Positions 26,721 to 35,738 of a DNA stretch of 64,000 nucleotides are shown here, in pieces. The DNA is from an uncultured Chromatiales bacterium (GTDB lineage: Bacteria; Bacteroidota; Ignavibacteria; SZUA-365), in NCBI GenBank assembly GCA_964448285.1, contig CAYUWG010000013.1:10970-74969 (forward strand), written 5' to 3'. Below the pieces are notes generated by a model. The model had not been told where the DNA came from, ran no database searches, and saw only the letters and a list, made by a program, of their open reading frames with translations. The translations under genes and the position numbers were made by a program. Numbering within the stretch: position 1 is the stretch's first letter; each line of letters starts with the position of its first letter.

Positions 26721-27251
26721 TTTCGATCCTGTAAGAACAGCCGTGTCTAATGGACTGACGATCTTGCCAAGCGACTTCTTGCTTACGTGCGTATAATTCT
26801 CCGTCGTCTTCGAGCTGGCGTGACCGAAGAGTTCCTCTATGTACCGGAGGCCAGTCCCGGCTTCCAGAAGGTGTGTCGCAAAAGCATAACGCCGGCTGTG
26901 AACTATGACTTTCTTGCGAATCCCCGCAGCAGCGACAGCCCGCTCGAAGACGTACTGGACACTCCGTTCCGACAAGTGCTTCCTGCCGTCCGCGCCTTCG
27001 AACAAGTACTCCATCGGCTGGCAGGTACAGAAAGACTCGCGCAACGGCTCCGAGGCAACGTAGGAGAGAAGGGAGTACATGTCCTTTATTCCTTTCGAGC
27101 CATGCAGGTGCAGGAGCATTCGTTTGCTGTGGCTGTGTTTCCTCAACCTCATCTCTCTCTCCACTGTCTCGAAAAACTTGTCGGCCATGTGTGGCCCCTG
27201 TGCAGGTTCAACAATCAGTTGTTGCAACGTTACGGAAAGAGTCACTTTCAA
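26718..27251 (-). pseudogene. 5'-truncated tyrosine recombinase with integron-integrase-like C-terminus (intI remnant)
   Basis: Catalytic C-terminal region HSRRYAFATHLLEAGTGLRYIEELFGHASSKTTENYTHV (HxxR...Y), followed by VSPLDTAV as in IntI1 (VRSPLDAL). GSKGIKDMYSLLSYVASEPLRESF is comparable to IntI1 [23 protein letters not shown]. Only about 177 aa are present, with no N-terminal domain and no upstream ORF. Confidence 0.65.
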
Positions 27252-27383
27252 TGCAAGCCCTTGAGAAAGAAAATTTCATGGCGGAGCGCACTTGCTAACG
27301 ACACTCATTACTGTGCTTTCCAACTCACCGGTGTGTGAAGAAGGTTACGGTGCAGGCAGACTCTGCTTTGAATCGCGCTTTGC

Positions 27384-28388
27384 ATGAAAGTCAGGTCGGG
27401 TTATTATAGCGGCGTGAAGTACCGCAAATCTCTCATCGTCCTGTTTGGAACTGTGCTGTCAGTGAACCTTGCGTCGTCCCAAGTGCGACTGACGCCGACG
27501 GACAGCCTTGGCGCATACAGCGAGATGACAGGGATGAATCGCAATCCGCTTCCCGATTATGTGCACGGCGAAACGACGGGAGAAATCAACACGACGCGCC
27601 TCTGGATCGTCGGCGGTACGATGGTCCTGGTCGATGTCGGCGTCATGTGGTATTACTTCGAAACGTTTTATTCTCCCCGCGAATCGGAGCGCTCGAAGTG
27701 GCATACGTTCAACGACTGGTATAACTCCGATCTGAACGTCGATAAGCTCGGCCACGTGTGGGGTTCGCAGGCATACACGAACTCGCTCTATCACATCTTT
27801 CGCTGGACGAATATGAGCGAGGCAAGCTCGATGTGGTGGTCGAGCGGCGTGTCGTTGTTTCTTCAGGCACAGATGGAGATGACCGACGCTTTTTACCGGC
27901 GCTGGGGTTGGAGTTGGTGGGATACGGGCGCGAACACTCTCGGCGCCGTCTGGCCGAACCTGCAACGCGTATGGGAGCCGTTGCAAAGCATCAATCTCAA
28001 GATGAGCTATTGGCCTTCGCGCGCGATGAAGAACGGTTGGGTCGATTACGTGCTCAAAGACTACGACGGTTTTACGTACTGGCTTGCCTTCACCGTCGAG
28101 AACTTCTTGCCGCAAGCGTTGAAGCCGTACTGGCCGGACTGGTTAGGAGTCGCAGTCGGATTCGGCGCAGACCGAACGTTCATCGGTAAGAATGCCTACA
28201 ACACCGATCGTAACAATAAGGGACTCGGCGATCAGGAGTGGTACATCGCGTTGGACTATGACCTTCGGAAACTCCCGGGCGACACGCCGTTTCTGCGCTT
28301 TCTCAAAGAGCAACTCAATCTCATCCATTGGCCTTCGCCTGCAATCCGATTCACTCCCACAAGCATTTACTACGGATTGTATTTTTAG
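27384..28388 (+). CDS. hypothetical secreted Trp-rich protein
   Basis: Signal peptide, then W/Y-rich segments (SMWWSSGVSLF...RRWGWSWWDTGANTLGAVWPNL). Family not assigned. Confidence 0.55.
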   Translation: MKVRSGYYSGVKYRKSLIVLFGTVLSVNLASSQVRLTPTDSLGAYSEMTGMNRNPLPDYVHGETTGEINTTRLWIVGGTMVLVDVGVMWYYFETFYSPRESERSKWHTFNDWYNSDLNVDKLGHVWGSQAYTNSLYHIFRWTNMSEASSMWWSSGVSLFLQAQMEMTDAFYRRWGWSWWDTGANTLGAVWPNLQRVWEPLQSINLKMSYWPSRAMKNGWVDYVLKDYDGFTYWLAFTVENFLPQALKPYWPDWLGVAVGFGADRTFIGKNAYNTDRNNKGLGDQEWYIALDYDLRKLPGDTPFLRFLKEQLNLIHWPSPAIRFTPTSIYYGLYF

Positions 28389-28432
28389 AACCACCGGTGC
28401 CGTTTATAGTCCGGCACGATGACGATACGCGA

Positions 28433-28465
28433 TAAAAAAAGCCGGTCACGCGACCGGCTTTCTGT
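28433..28465. terminator. bidirectional rho-independent terminator between convergent genes
   Basis: aaaaaaaGCCGGTCacgcGACCGGCtttctgttt: an A-run, a GC stem and a T-run. Confidence 0.6.
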
Positions 28466-28476
28466 TTCCTTATGTC

Positions 28477-29235
28477 TCAGTAGGGGAGTGGGAAGGTGAT
28501 GTTGAGGAGGAAGCGGAGGTTGGAAATATCCCATGTCTCGGCATAGGAGGCATCGGCGACTTCATTCAGTCCAATGTTGTAGTGAAGTTCGGGACTCGCG
28601 AATCCATAAGAGAAAAAGAATTCGTAGCCGATCATCGCATCGAGTGAGTAGCGGATGGCGTGAATATCCGGGATGCCGCCTTTCTCCGAGCGGCTCTCCG
28701 AACCGCGTGCCCAATCGGGTTCGACGATAACGGGGGCGTTCAGGTAGCTGTCCTGCAGCAATGCGGAAAGCGTGCCGCCGCCGCCGATGAACGGACCGGG
28801 ACCGCCCGTCGGATACAACCGGAAGTATATGCCGAGCGAGAAATACCGGATAACGTATTCCGTAACCTGTTTGCGCGTCACGTCATAGAGCCTGCCCTGC
28901 GAATCGGAGATGCGATACGGCTCGGTGAAATCTCCTTCGATCTTGACGCTCATCGGATCGAATGCGAAGCGCGCCCCGAAGAGGATCAATCGCGAAAGAG
29001 CTTTTTCCACGTTGACCCCGAAGGTGAAATTCGTTCCGGAACCGTTTCCGAAGAACAAGTTCTCCGGCGTCGGTTTGAATGGCACGTCGCCGCTGTAGGT
29101 GGTTCGCGTCGCACCGACGAGAATACCGCCCCGCACGGCATGCCATGTGCGGTCATTGGCGCGAGTGAACTGTGCCGACGTTTCCATCGCCGATGCGAAA
29201 AGGAGGAGAGGAATGATTGCATACAAGGATTTCAT
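28477..29235 (-). CDS. outer-membrane beta-barrel protein, possibly PorP/SprF-like partner of the upstream T9SS adhesin
   Basis: Signal peptide MKSLYAIIPLLLFASAMETSAQ. Alternating beta-strand pattern and a C-terminal aromatic (..FPLPY). Start overlaps the adhesin stop by about 11 nt. Confidence 0.55.
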   Translation of the reverse strand: MKSLYAIIPLLLFASAMETSAQFTRANDRTWHAVRGGILVGATRTTYSGDVPFKPTPENLFFGNGSGTNFTFGVNVEKALSRLILFGARFAFDPMSVKIEGDFTEPYRISDSQGRLYDVTRKQVTEYVIRYFSLGIYFRLYPTGGPGPFIGGGGTLSALLQDSYLNAPVIVEPDWARGSESRSEKGGIPDIHAIRYSLDAMIGYEFFFSYGFASPELHYNIGLNEVADASYAETWDISNLRFLLNITFPLPY

Positions 29236-29245
29236 GGTAGGCTCC

Positions 29246-32200
29246 TTATCTGGCAAGAATCAGTTTCTGTGTGCTGATGGACTGTCCATCGTTGAGCGAA
29301 ATGAGGTAGAGACCGCTCGGCAAATCCGATGGAGGCGTGAAGAAGAGCGAGTGCGAACCCGCTTCGAGATTGCCGCGATAGACGATTGCGACTTCGCTGC
29401 CGAGTTGGTTGAAGACCTTAAGCTCGACGAACCGCGTCGTCGGAATGGTCACTCCGATTTCCGTGCGCTGCGGTCCGTTCTGCGAAAGGACGTTCGGACG
29501 CGGTGCGGCGAGAGGATTGATGCCAAGGTCGGCCAACGTCGTCACACCGTCGCGCGCTTTCACGGCAATCGTATCGTCGCAACTCTCATCGAGCGTGACG
29601 AGTGCGAGTGACGGTTGAAATTCCGCATTCGTAATGGAGAAGCCTGCTTGCGCCGTTCTTCCGACGAGCACTTCCATTTGAACGCGCGTCAATTCACCTT
29701 CAACGAATGGAGCGCGAGAAACGGTAACGCGAATGCGATCGGGAGCGACGCGCTTGAATGTCGCTTCGCCCTGCAATGAGACGACCTGGCGCGGGCTGAG
29801 CGAATACACGTTGAAGCGCACGTCGAAATTCAATTCGAGATTGGGCGCCGTGCATTCAAGACCGCTGCGGAGGAACACCGGAATCTCGACCACGTCGCCC
29901 GGTCGTCCGGTGAGTGCGGCAGAGCCGCCTGTGACCGAGCTGCAACTGATCGTGACTTCCGGTTCTGACAGGAGAATCATCAACGGCACGATCGCTTCAT
30001 AGCGACATCGAGTGTCCATCGCACGAAGCACTGCGGTTGTCGATTGGTTCGCATTCGGTGTGTACCGCACCGTCACCAACGAACTGGATCCCGGTTGGAT
30101 CGTCAAGGTTTTGCTGCTGTCCACCAGCGAGAACGCTGCCGATCCTTCGACCGATAGCGCGAACGTCGTGATCGTAGTCCCGTTGTTTACCAGTCTCGCC
30201 TGCATCTCAACCGGTTCGTTGGAACACGTCGAGATTCCCTTAACGGTGTCTTGTGCGAATTGGTATTTCACGCGAAGCACACGACCCGCAAAAGGAACAG
30301 CGGCTACTTCAGGGAGACATCGCTGATCGCGGACGATAATGAAGTTCACAGAGCCATTGAAGAAACTCAATGCGCTGTCGATCGGCGGAGTCAACCCGAA
30401 CGTAATCGTTTGCGAAGCGCCGGGCGCGAGTCCGAACACGGAGTCGATCGGTGAGAACAAGCGGATCGGAGAATTGGAGGGTTTGATCAACGCTCCGATC
30501 GTCAGCGGAGTCGTTCCCGTATTCCGAACCTCGATTGTCGTCGTGAGGCGCTCGATATCCTCGTCACGCACGTTTCCACCGGGGCATACGGTAATGTCAT
30601 TGAACGTCGCTTCACCCGGTGTGACGGTGAACGCCGTATGCCGGAGTATCACCGATATCGGGAAGGAAATACTCCCGTCGCACGGCGCGGACGACAATGT
30701 AACGACGCCGCTGTACGTTCCGGGATTCGTCTCGACGAATCGAATACCGAGGTCCTTCGACTCTCCTGACTGCAACGTGAATGGGAATTGTCCCGGCGGG
30801 TCATATGCGAAGCCGAGCGGAAGAACCGAGCCATCGGTGATGGTGATGGGATCGGAGCCGGTGTTGTTCACTGTCGCTTTGAGTTGCTTCGATAGCGGTG
30901 TTTCGCAAGTCAGAACATCAAGCGGCGGAGTGACATCCGTGACTGAGAACTGCGGCTTTACTCCACGCCCACGCACGACGAAGGTAACGGGCTGGAGACA
31001 CACGTCGTCGGTGAAGATCAGGTTCGCCGAATGCTGTCCGGTTGCCGTAGGATTGTATCGAATCGGGAAAGCTTTCGATTGGCCTGCTCCAACGGTGACT
31101 CTGAACGGCGATGCGAGAAAGGCGAACGGCGATCCGACCGGCAATGGAGAAGAAGTAACGTTCAAGGTTTTATCACCCGTGTTCGCGATCACGAACATGC
31201 GGGTGGATGAACTATTGAGACAGACGTCGCCGAAGTCTGCTGATGCGTCCTCCTCCCGGACGAGATAGCCGGGTTTGTATCGCTCACCGATGAGAGCGAC
31301 GGGAAGCGTTTGCGTGCATATTCCACCGGAGCCTGCAAGGACGTTGAGGTACAACGAATCGACGAACGGACCGCCTGTTCCGAGTCGCGCCTGCACGGAG
31401 ATATCCAATCGTCCAAGAGAAGGAACCGCAACACCCTGCGACGGGAAGGGCGTTGCTCCCTGGAAGATGGAGTAACGCACAATCGGTGCCGACGCTGTAA
31501 CGGTGATCGGGAGGGGGCTGTTGTTCTGAAGCGTAATCGTTTGCACCGGCGTGCTCGATCCCGAACCGCAGTCCGTTATCACGCCGAAGTCGATCTGACC
31601 GGGAGTGAGCGTGACGCGGGGAAGAACGCGCTCACCCGACAGCGAGAAATAGACGCTCGTGCCGCACGGTTCACCGAACCATTGAACGCTTCCACCGAAC
31701 TGGTTTCCTTCACCAGTCGGTGGATTGAACAGGATATATCCATCGAACGGATTCCCGGCGCCCGGTACGATGACGATAGGCAAGGTGATCGTCGAGTCCC
31801 ATTCGAATCCCGACGGCAGATCCGGAAGTGAACGGAAAATTGCCGGCGCAGTGCCGGTGTTCGTGATGGTCACTCGGATTTTTGCATTCGGTTCACAGTT
31901 CACGAGAGTGACTGATGTGGGGTTGATGTTCGAAGCGAGGAGTTGCTGGCTGAAAGTATGTCCGCGAAGAGCAACGGTAGCGCTCAGGTTGCAGAGATTC
32001 GAGGCGATCGTGAGGGTCTGGTTGAACGCACCGCTCGTTACAGGGTGAAAGCGAATCGCAATGATTTTTTCCTCACCTGCTTTGAGCTGGAAAACGTTGT
32101 TGAACGCGTCGATCTCGAACGGTGCAGCGATGGTTAGTGTCATCTGCATGTCCGCAGTCCCGTTATTGACGATACGGAGTGATTTCGGTGCAGAGTATCC

Positions 32201-35200
32201 GCCGACGCAGGTCGTATCGAACAATTGCGGCGGAAGCGTTCCGGGTGCATTCACCGCTTCGACGAAGAAGGATGGATTCTGGCGCTTTCCAACCAAGTCG
32301 ATGAAGAACACTTCCTGGCATACACCGAAATCTGCCTCGATGCGCATGACGCTCTTGATCGAATCGCTTCCGGTCCGTTGAGCCTGCAAGCTGACAGTCT
32401 GAGTCCCGCCGCCGGAAACGGATGACGGCGCAGTTACAAGGACGATCCCGTTCGGAACCTCATAGCGAAGCTGAGCCGCTTGTGTGTGGTTGTTCGTCAG
32501 CGTGAGACTTCGCGTCGGAAGCGGATCGGTCGGGCACGCGTTGATCAATCCGAAGTCGAGCAGGTTGCTGTTGGTCGTGACCGTTGGCGCGATACGGATT
32601 CCCGTCAGGGTGAACAGCACTTGCTGGCCGCACTCGCTTGCCGTCAGGACGACGTTTTCCGAAATCAAACCACGCTGATTTGGCGATGGCGCAAACTCGA
32701 AGAACAATCGCGAACTATCTCCGGACGGAACGACGAGCGGGAAAGAGCCGGCATTCTTCAGAGCGAATCCTTGTCCGACGGCAGGAGGAGCCGGGAAGAG
32801 GATGTCCTTCGCACCTGAATTGAAAATCGTGACGACGAGGAGGTCGTTCGCCTTAGCCTGGCAACTCAACAGAACGGGTGATCCCATCGTCGTCGCGGAA
32901 AGCGTCGAGCGTCCGACTCGCAGTAATACGGGAACATTGAGGATTACCGGAGGCTGTCCATCGAGCGTAATGGTGATCGTCGTTGCATGAGTGCCCTGGC
33001 ATGGGATTGCAGAAGTGATGATGCTCACCGTAATCGAGTCGTCACCCGTGCCGTTGAGTTTCGAGAGGCGAATCCATGGTGCGGCAGCATTTGCCGACCA
33101 CTTGTAGCAAGAAAGCCCACCCGTGTTGATGAGGTAAAGCTTCTGTGGAGTTGGTGCGGTCTGGTTGACAACAAAAGTGTCCAGGGTGGAGACCGTGACC
33201 TGCGGTACTACCCGCTCGCCAGAGAGGATAAAATACACGCTGGTGCCGCACGGCTCTCCAAACCACTGGACGCTGCCTCCATAGATTCCGCCTTGGCCTA
33301 CAGGCGGCTGGAAATTGATAAACGCTTCGAATGGATTACCTACTCCCGGATTGACGATGACGGGAAGCGTTATGCCTGCGTCCCATACGAATCCGGAAGG
33401 AAGCGCTGGAAGATTGTGGAAGACGGCAGGCTGTGTCCCGGAGTTGATGATGCTGATGCGCACCTTCGCACCGGGATCACAATTGGCGAGCGTCACCGAT
33501 GCCGGTGATACGTTGCTCGCAAGAATCTGCTGGCTGAACGTGTGGCCTTCAAGCGTTACGCTCTGCGTCAGAGCGCATTGGTTCGCCGTCATGGAAAACA
33601 TCTGTGAGAATGACCCGCCGGTTGTCGGATGGAAACGCACGTTGATGACTCTTTGCTCGCCGGCAGGTAAGGCAAACACAGTGCTGAATGCATCGATTTC
33701 GAACGGAGGCGCTATAGCGAGAGTCATGATGAGATCGGCGGTTCCGTCGTTGATGATTCGTATTGCTTTCGGCTGCGAATAACTGCCGACGCACGTCGTA
33801 TCGAACAACTGCGGCGGAAGTGAACCGGGCGTCGCAACAGCTTCAGCGCGGAATGATGGATTTTGCCGCTTGCCGGTCAGCGCTACGGATATGATTTCCG
33901 TGCAGACTCCGAAATCGGCCTCGATGATGAGCGTGCTGTTTATTTGAGCAGCGCCCAATCGGGTTGGCTCGATACCGACGGTTTGTGTCCCCATTCCTCC
34001 GATGGAGGCTGGAGCAGTCGTGAGGACGAATCCGGTCGGTACCTGATACCGCAACAGAGCCGTCTGCGAATAAGCGTTGTTCAGAACGATGCTTCTCGAT
34101 GGCAACGGGTCGGAGGGACACGCGTTGATGTTTCCGAAATCAAGTTCGAATACGTCAGCGGTGACCGTCGGTGCGATGCGTGTTCCTCGCAGTTGAAACA
34201 GAACTTGTTGACCACATCCTGAAGCGGAGAGAATGACGTTTTCAACGATCAATCCTTGCTGGGTAGTGAGCGGTGCAAATTCGTAATACAGCCGCCCGGT
34301 GTCCGCCGGAGGAATGGTCATCGGGAATGCGAGAGGATTCTTGAGGACGAATCCGGGACCGACCGCAGGCGCGCTTGGAAACGTCACGGATGAAAGTCCG
34401 CCGTTGTAAACGGAAACGATGATGAGATCGTTTGCCTTGGGTTGGCAACTCAGGATCGTCGGATTGCCGATCGTATTCGCGCTCAACGATGCAGAGCCAA
34501 CCTGCGCGGTAACCGGAACCGGTATCGTTGTAGGATTCGATGCATCGGACGTGATGAGAATCGAACCGGCATGCATTCCCGGACACGGGAGTGCTGCGGT
34601 GTTGATTGAAACGGTGATCACGCCATTCCCGATTCCGGAAGAAGGTGAGATGTTGATCCAGGGCTGAGTTGCCGTCGCCGTCCAATCATAACAAGCGAGA
34701 CCGCTGTTCGAAATGATCAGCGATTGAGGAGGAGGAGTACCCGGGTTGACGATGAACGGGCTTAAGGATGAAACGGTGACGGGGAATTTTCTTCTCGCAT
34801 AGTTTGCCGTGATGTTCTTGTTGTTGTTCATCGTGACGTTGATCGTCGGGTTCGTCCCGGAGGCATCACCGCTCCAATGCGAGAAGACATAGCACGTATC
34901 CGGAGCGGGGAGATTGTTTGCCGTGAGAGTGACGAGCGTTCCCTGCGCATAGTCAGGTTGATTCGGAATGATCGTGATCGAACCCTTCCCGGCAGGGGCG
35001 ACTTGTGTGTTCAAGGTATATCGTGGTATCGGCGGACCTCCGTATGTGACGGTGACGAAGTAGCGATTCGTCCCAACGGGCAGAAGGATCTGATTGGTTG
35101 CGAACATATCGACGTTCACGATACTCGGATCGGGATAAGAGACGACGCGCGCTGCGGAGATTCCTATCGAAAACGGGAGTGTCCAAGCCATCCATGTATT

Positions 35201-35587
35201 GGTCGCGGCTGCTGCGCGTCGGGCGCGGACTTCGAAGGTGTACGTAATCGGCGGGGTAGTGAATATTCCTCGGAGGTCCAAGACTACTCCATTGCCAAGA
35301 AGAGATGGCGAACGTAGATCAGTGTCAATCAATCGGGCGTCGAAGTTACCCGGAGGCGGAGCCGGACCGAGCATTGCCTCGCCCAAACCACCATCGATTC
35401 CATCGGTTGCAGAAGGATTGATGCCTACTGTCAGAACCTGACTGTTTCCGATGTTGTCAAAGACAGTCAGATTCGTCCGGATATCCTGCGCAGTCAAACC
35501 TTGCGCAAGGAAGAACAACGCCGCTGCAAGCGTGATTATCCGACCAGTACCTCTTTGGTTTGTGGTTCTTGATGTATCGAAAAGCAT
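29246..35587 (-). CDS. giant (2113 aa) T9SS-secreted repeat protein, adhesin-like, Ig-like beta-sandwich repeats
   Basis: N-terminal signal peptide. C-terminal Por-secretion-tail-like domain (..GVTIPTTRFVELKVFNQLGSEVA...GLYLISLNDGQSISTQKLILAR). Internal tandem duplication of about 636 aa (aa ~268-905 vs 906-1541). S/T/G/N-rich composition. Confidence 0.85.
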   Translation of the reverse strand: MLFDTSRTTNQRGTGRIITLAAALFFLAQGLTAQDIRTNLTVFDNIGNSQVLTVGINPSATDGIDGGLGEAMLGPAPPPGNFDARLIDTDLRSPSLLGNGVVLDLRGIFTTPPITYTFEVRARRAAAATNTWMAWTLPFSIGISAARVVSYPDPSIVNVDMFATNQILLPVGTNRYFVTVTYGGPPIPRYTLNTQVAPAGKGSITIIPNQPDYAQGTLVTLTANNLPAPDTCYVFSHWSGDASGTNPTINVTMNNNKNITANYARRKFPVTVSSLSPFIVNPGTPPPQSLIISNSGLACYDWTATATQPWINISPSSGIGNGVITVSINTAALPCPGMHAGSILITSDASNPTTIPVPVTAQVGSASLSANTIGNPTILSCQPKANDLIIVSVYNGGLSSVTFPSAPAVGPGFVLKNPLAFPMTIPPADTGRLYYEFAPLTTQQGLIVENVILSASGCGQQVLFQLRGTRIAPTVTADVFELDFGNINACPSDPLPSRSIVLNNAYSQTALLRYQVPTGFVLTTAPASIGGMGTQTVGIEPTRLGAAQINSTLIIEADFGVCTEIISVALTGKRQNPSFRAEAVATPGSLPPQLFDTTCVGSYSQPKAIRIINDGTADLIMTLAIAPPFEIDAFSTVFALPAGEQRVINVRFHPTTGGSFSQMFSMTANQCALTQSVTLEGHTFSQQILASNVSPASVTLANCDPGAKVRISIINSGTQPAVFHNLPALPSGFVWDAGITLPVIVNPGVGNPFEAFINFQPPVGQGGIYGGSVQWFGEPCGTSVYFILSGERVVPQVTVSTLDTFVVNQTAPTPQKLYLINTGGLSCYKWSANAAAPWIRLSKLNGTGDDSITVSIITSAIPCQGTHATTITITLDGQPPVILNVPVLLRVGRSTLSATTMGSPVLLSCQAKANDLLVVTIFNSGAKDILFPAPPAVGQGFALKNAGSFPLVVPSGDSSRLFFEFAPSPNQRGLISENVVLTASECGQQVLFTLTGIRIAPTVTTNSNLLDFGLINACPTDPLPTRSLTLTNNHTQAAQLRYEVPNGIVLVTAPSSVSGGGTQTVSLQAQRTGSDSIKSVMRIEADFGVCQEVFFIDLVGKRQNPSFFVEAVNAPGTLPPQLFDTTCVGGYSAPKSLRIVNNGTADMQMTLTIAAPFEIDAFNNVFQLKAGEEKIIAIRFHPVTSGAFNQTLTIASNLCNLSATVALRGHTFSQQLLASNINPTSVTLVNCEPNAKIRVTITNTGTAPAIFRSLPDLPSGFEWDSTITLPIVIVPGAGNPFDGYILFNPPTGEGNQFGGSVQWFGEPCGTSVYFSLSGERVLPRVTLTPGQIDFGVITDCGSGSSTPVQTITLQNNSPLPITVTASAPIVRYSIFQGATPFPSQGVAVPSLGRLDISVQARLGTGGPFVDSLYLNVLAGSGGICTQTLPVALIGERYKPGYLVREEDASADFGDVCLNSSSTRMFVIANTGDKTLNVTSSPLPVGSPFAFLASPFRVTVGAGQSKAFPIRYNPTATGQHSANLIFTDDVCLQPVTFVVRGRGVKPQFSVTDVTPPLDVLTCETPLSKQLKATVNNTGSDPITITDGSVLPLGFAYDPPGQFPFTLQSGESKDLGIRFVETNPGTYSGVVTLSSAPCDGSISFPISVILRHTAFTVTPGEATFNDITVCPGGNVRDEDIERLTTTIEVRNTGTTPLTIGALIKPSNSPIRLFSPIDSVFGLAPGASQTITFGLTPPIDSALSFFNGSVNFIIVRDQRCLPEVAAVPFAGRVLRVKYQFAQDTVKGISTCSNEPVEMQARLVNNGTTITTFALSVEGSAAFSLVDSSKTLTIQPGSSSLVTVRYTPNANQSTTAVLRAMDTRCRYEAIVPLMILLSEPEVTISCSSVTGGSAALTGRPGDVVEIPVFLRSGLECTAPNLELNFDVRFNVYSLSPRQVVSLQGEATFKRVAPDRIRVTVSRAPFVEGELTRVQMEVLVGRTAQAGFSITNAEFQPSLALVTLDESCDDTIAVKARDGVTTLADLGINPLAAPRPNVLSQNGPQRTEIGVTIPTTRFVELKVFNQLGSEVAIVYRGNLEAGSHSLFFTPPSDLPSGLYLISLNDGQSISTQKLILAR

Positions 35588-35738
35588 GTAATGACCTCAT
35601 AACCTGTTGGATATGAACAGAATACTGGCCTTAACTTAAGTGTTTCATTAACAAAAAACAGTAAGAAACTCATTTTTCGAAAATTTTTTTTTCAAAGAAC
35701 CAAGCCAATCAAAACTCTTCTCGTTCAGAACAAATCCG

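Larger units (their letters stand above)
18845..27251 (-). mobile_element. degenerate chromosomal integron (inverted-integrase type): truncated intI-like gene plus 5 cassettes with attC-like sites
   Basis: A 5'-truncated tyrosine recombinase with an IntI-like C-terminus at 26718-27251. Five co-directional minus-strand gene units are each followed by a mutually similar 127-290-bp imperfect-palindrome element. These elements carry GTTAGGC/GTTATGC-type and GCATAAC-type 7-mers at opposite ends. GC content is lower than the flanks. Confidence 0.6.

Noticed and set aside
26787-27338. 183-aa + strand ORF overlapping the recombinase fragment
   Set aside because: It is an antisense shadow ORF of the tyrosine-recombinase coding region with no recognisable motifs.
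26718-27383. Prophage or integrative element integrase next to a tRNA
   Set aside because: There are no phage structural or replication genes, the nearest tRNA (Gly at 59183) is 32 kb away, and the recombinase is a C-terminal fragment with an IntI-like tail.
27459-28115. 218-aa minus-strand ORF
   Set aside because: It lies entirely inside the + strand secreted-protein gene 27384-28388. Its Arg/Ala/Pro-rich composition is typical of an antisense reading of GC-rich coding DNA.
28660-29277. 205-aa + strand ORF and other ORFs antisense to the outer-membrane protein and giant adhesin genes (e.g. 30339-31268, 31310-31831, 32987-33508)
   Set aside because: All fall inside the 28477-35587 minus-strand genes, whose products have signal peptides, repeats and a C-terminal sorting domain. 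They are shadow ORFs.
29246-35587. Giant ORF as possible assembly artefact or fused genes
   Set aside because: A single uninterrupted frame with an N-terminal signal peptide and one C-terminal T9SS sorting domain is typical of authentic giant FCB-group surface proteins. The internal duplication is flagged separately for read-level checking.
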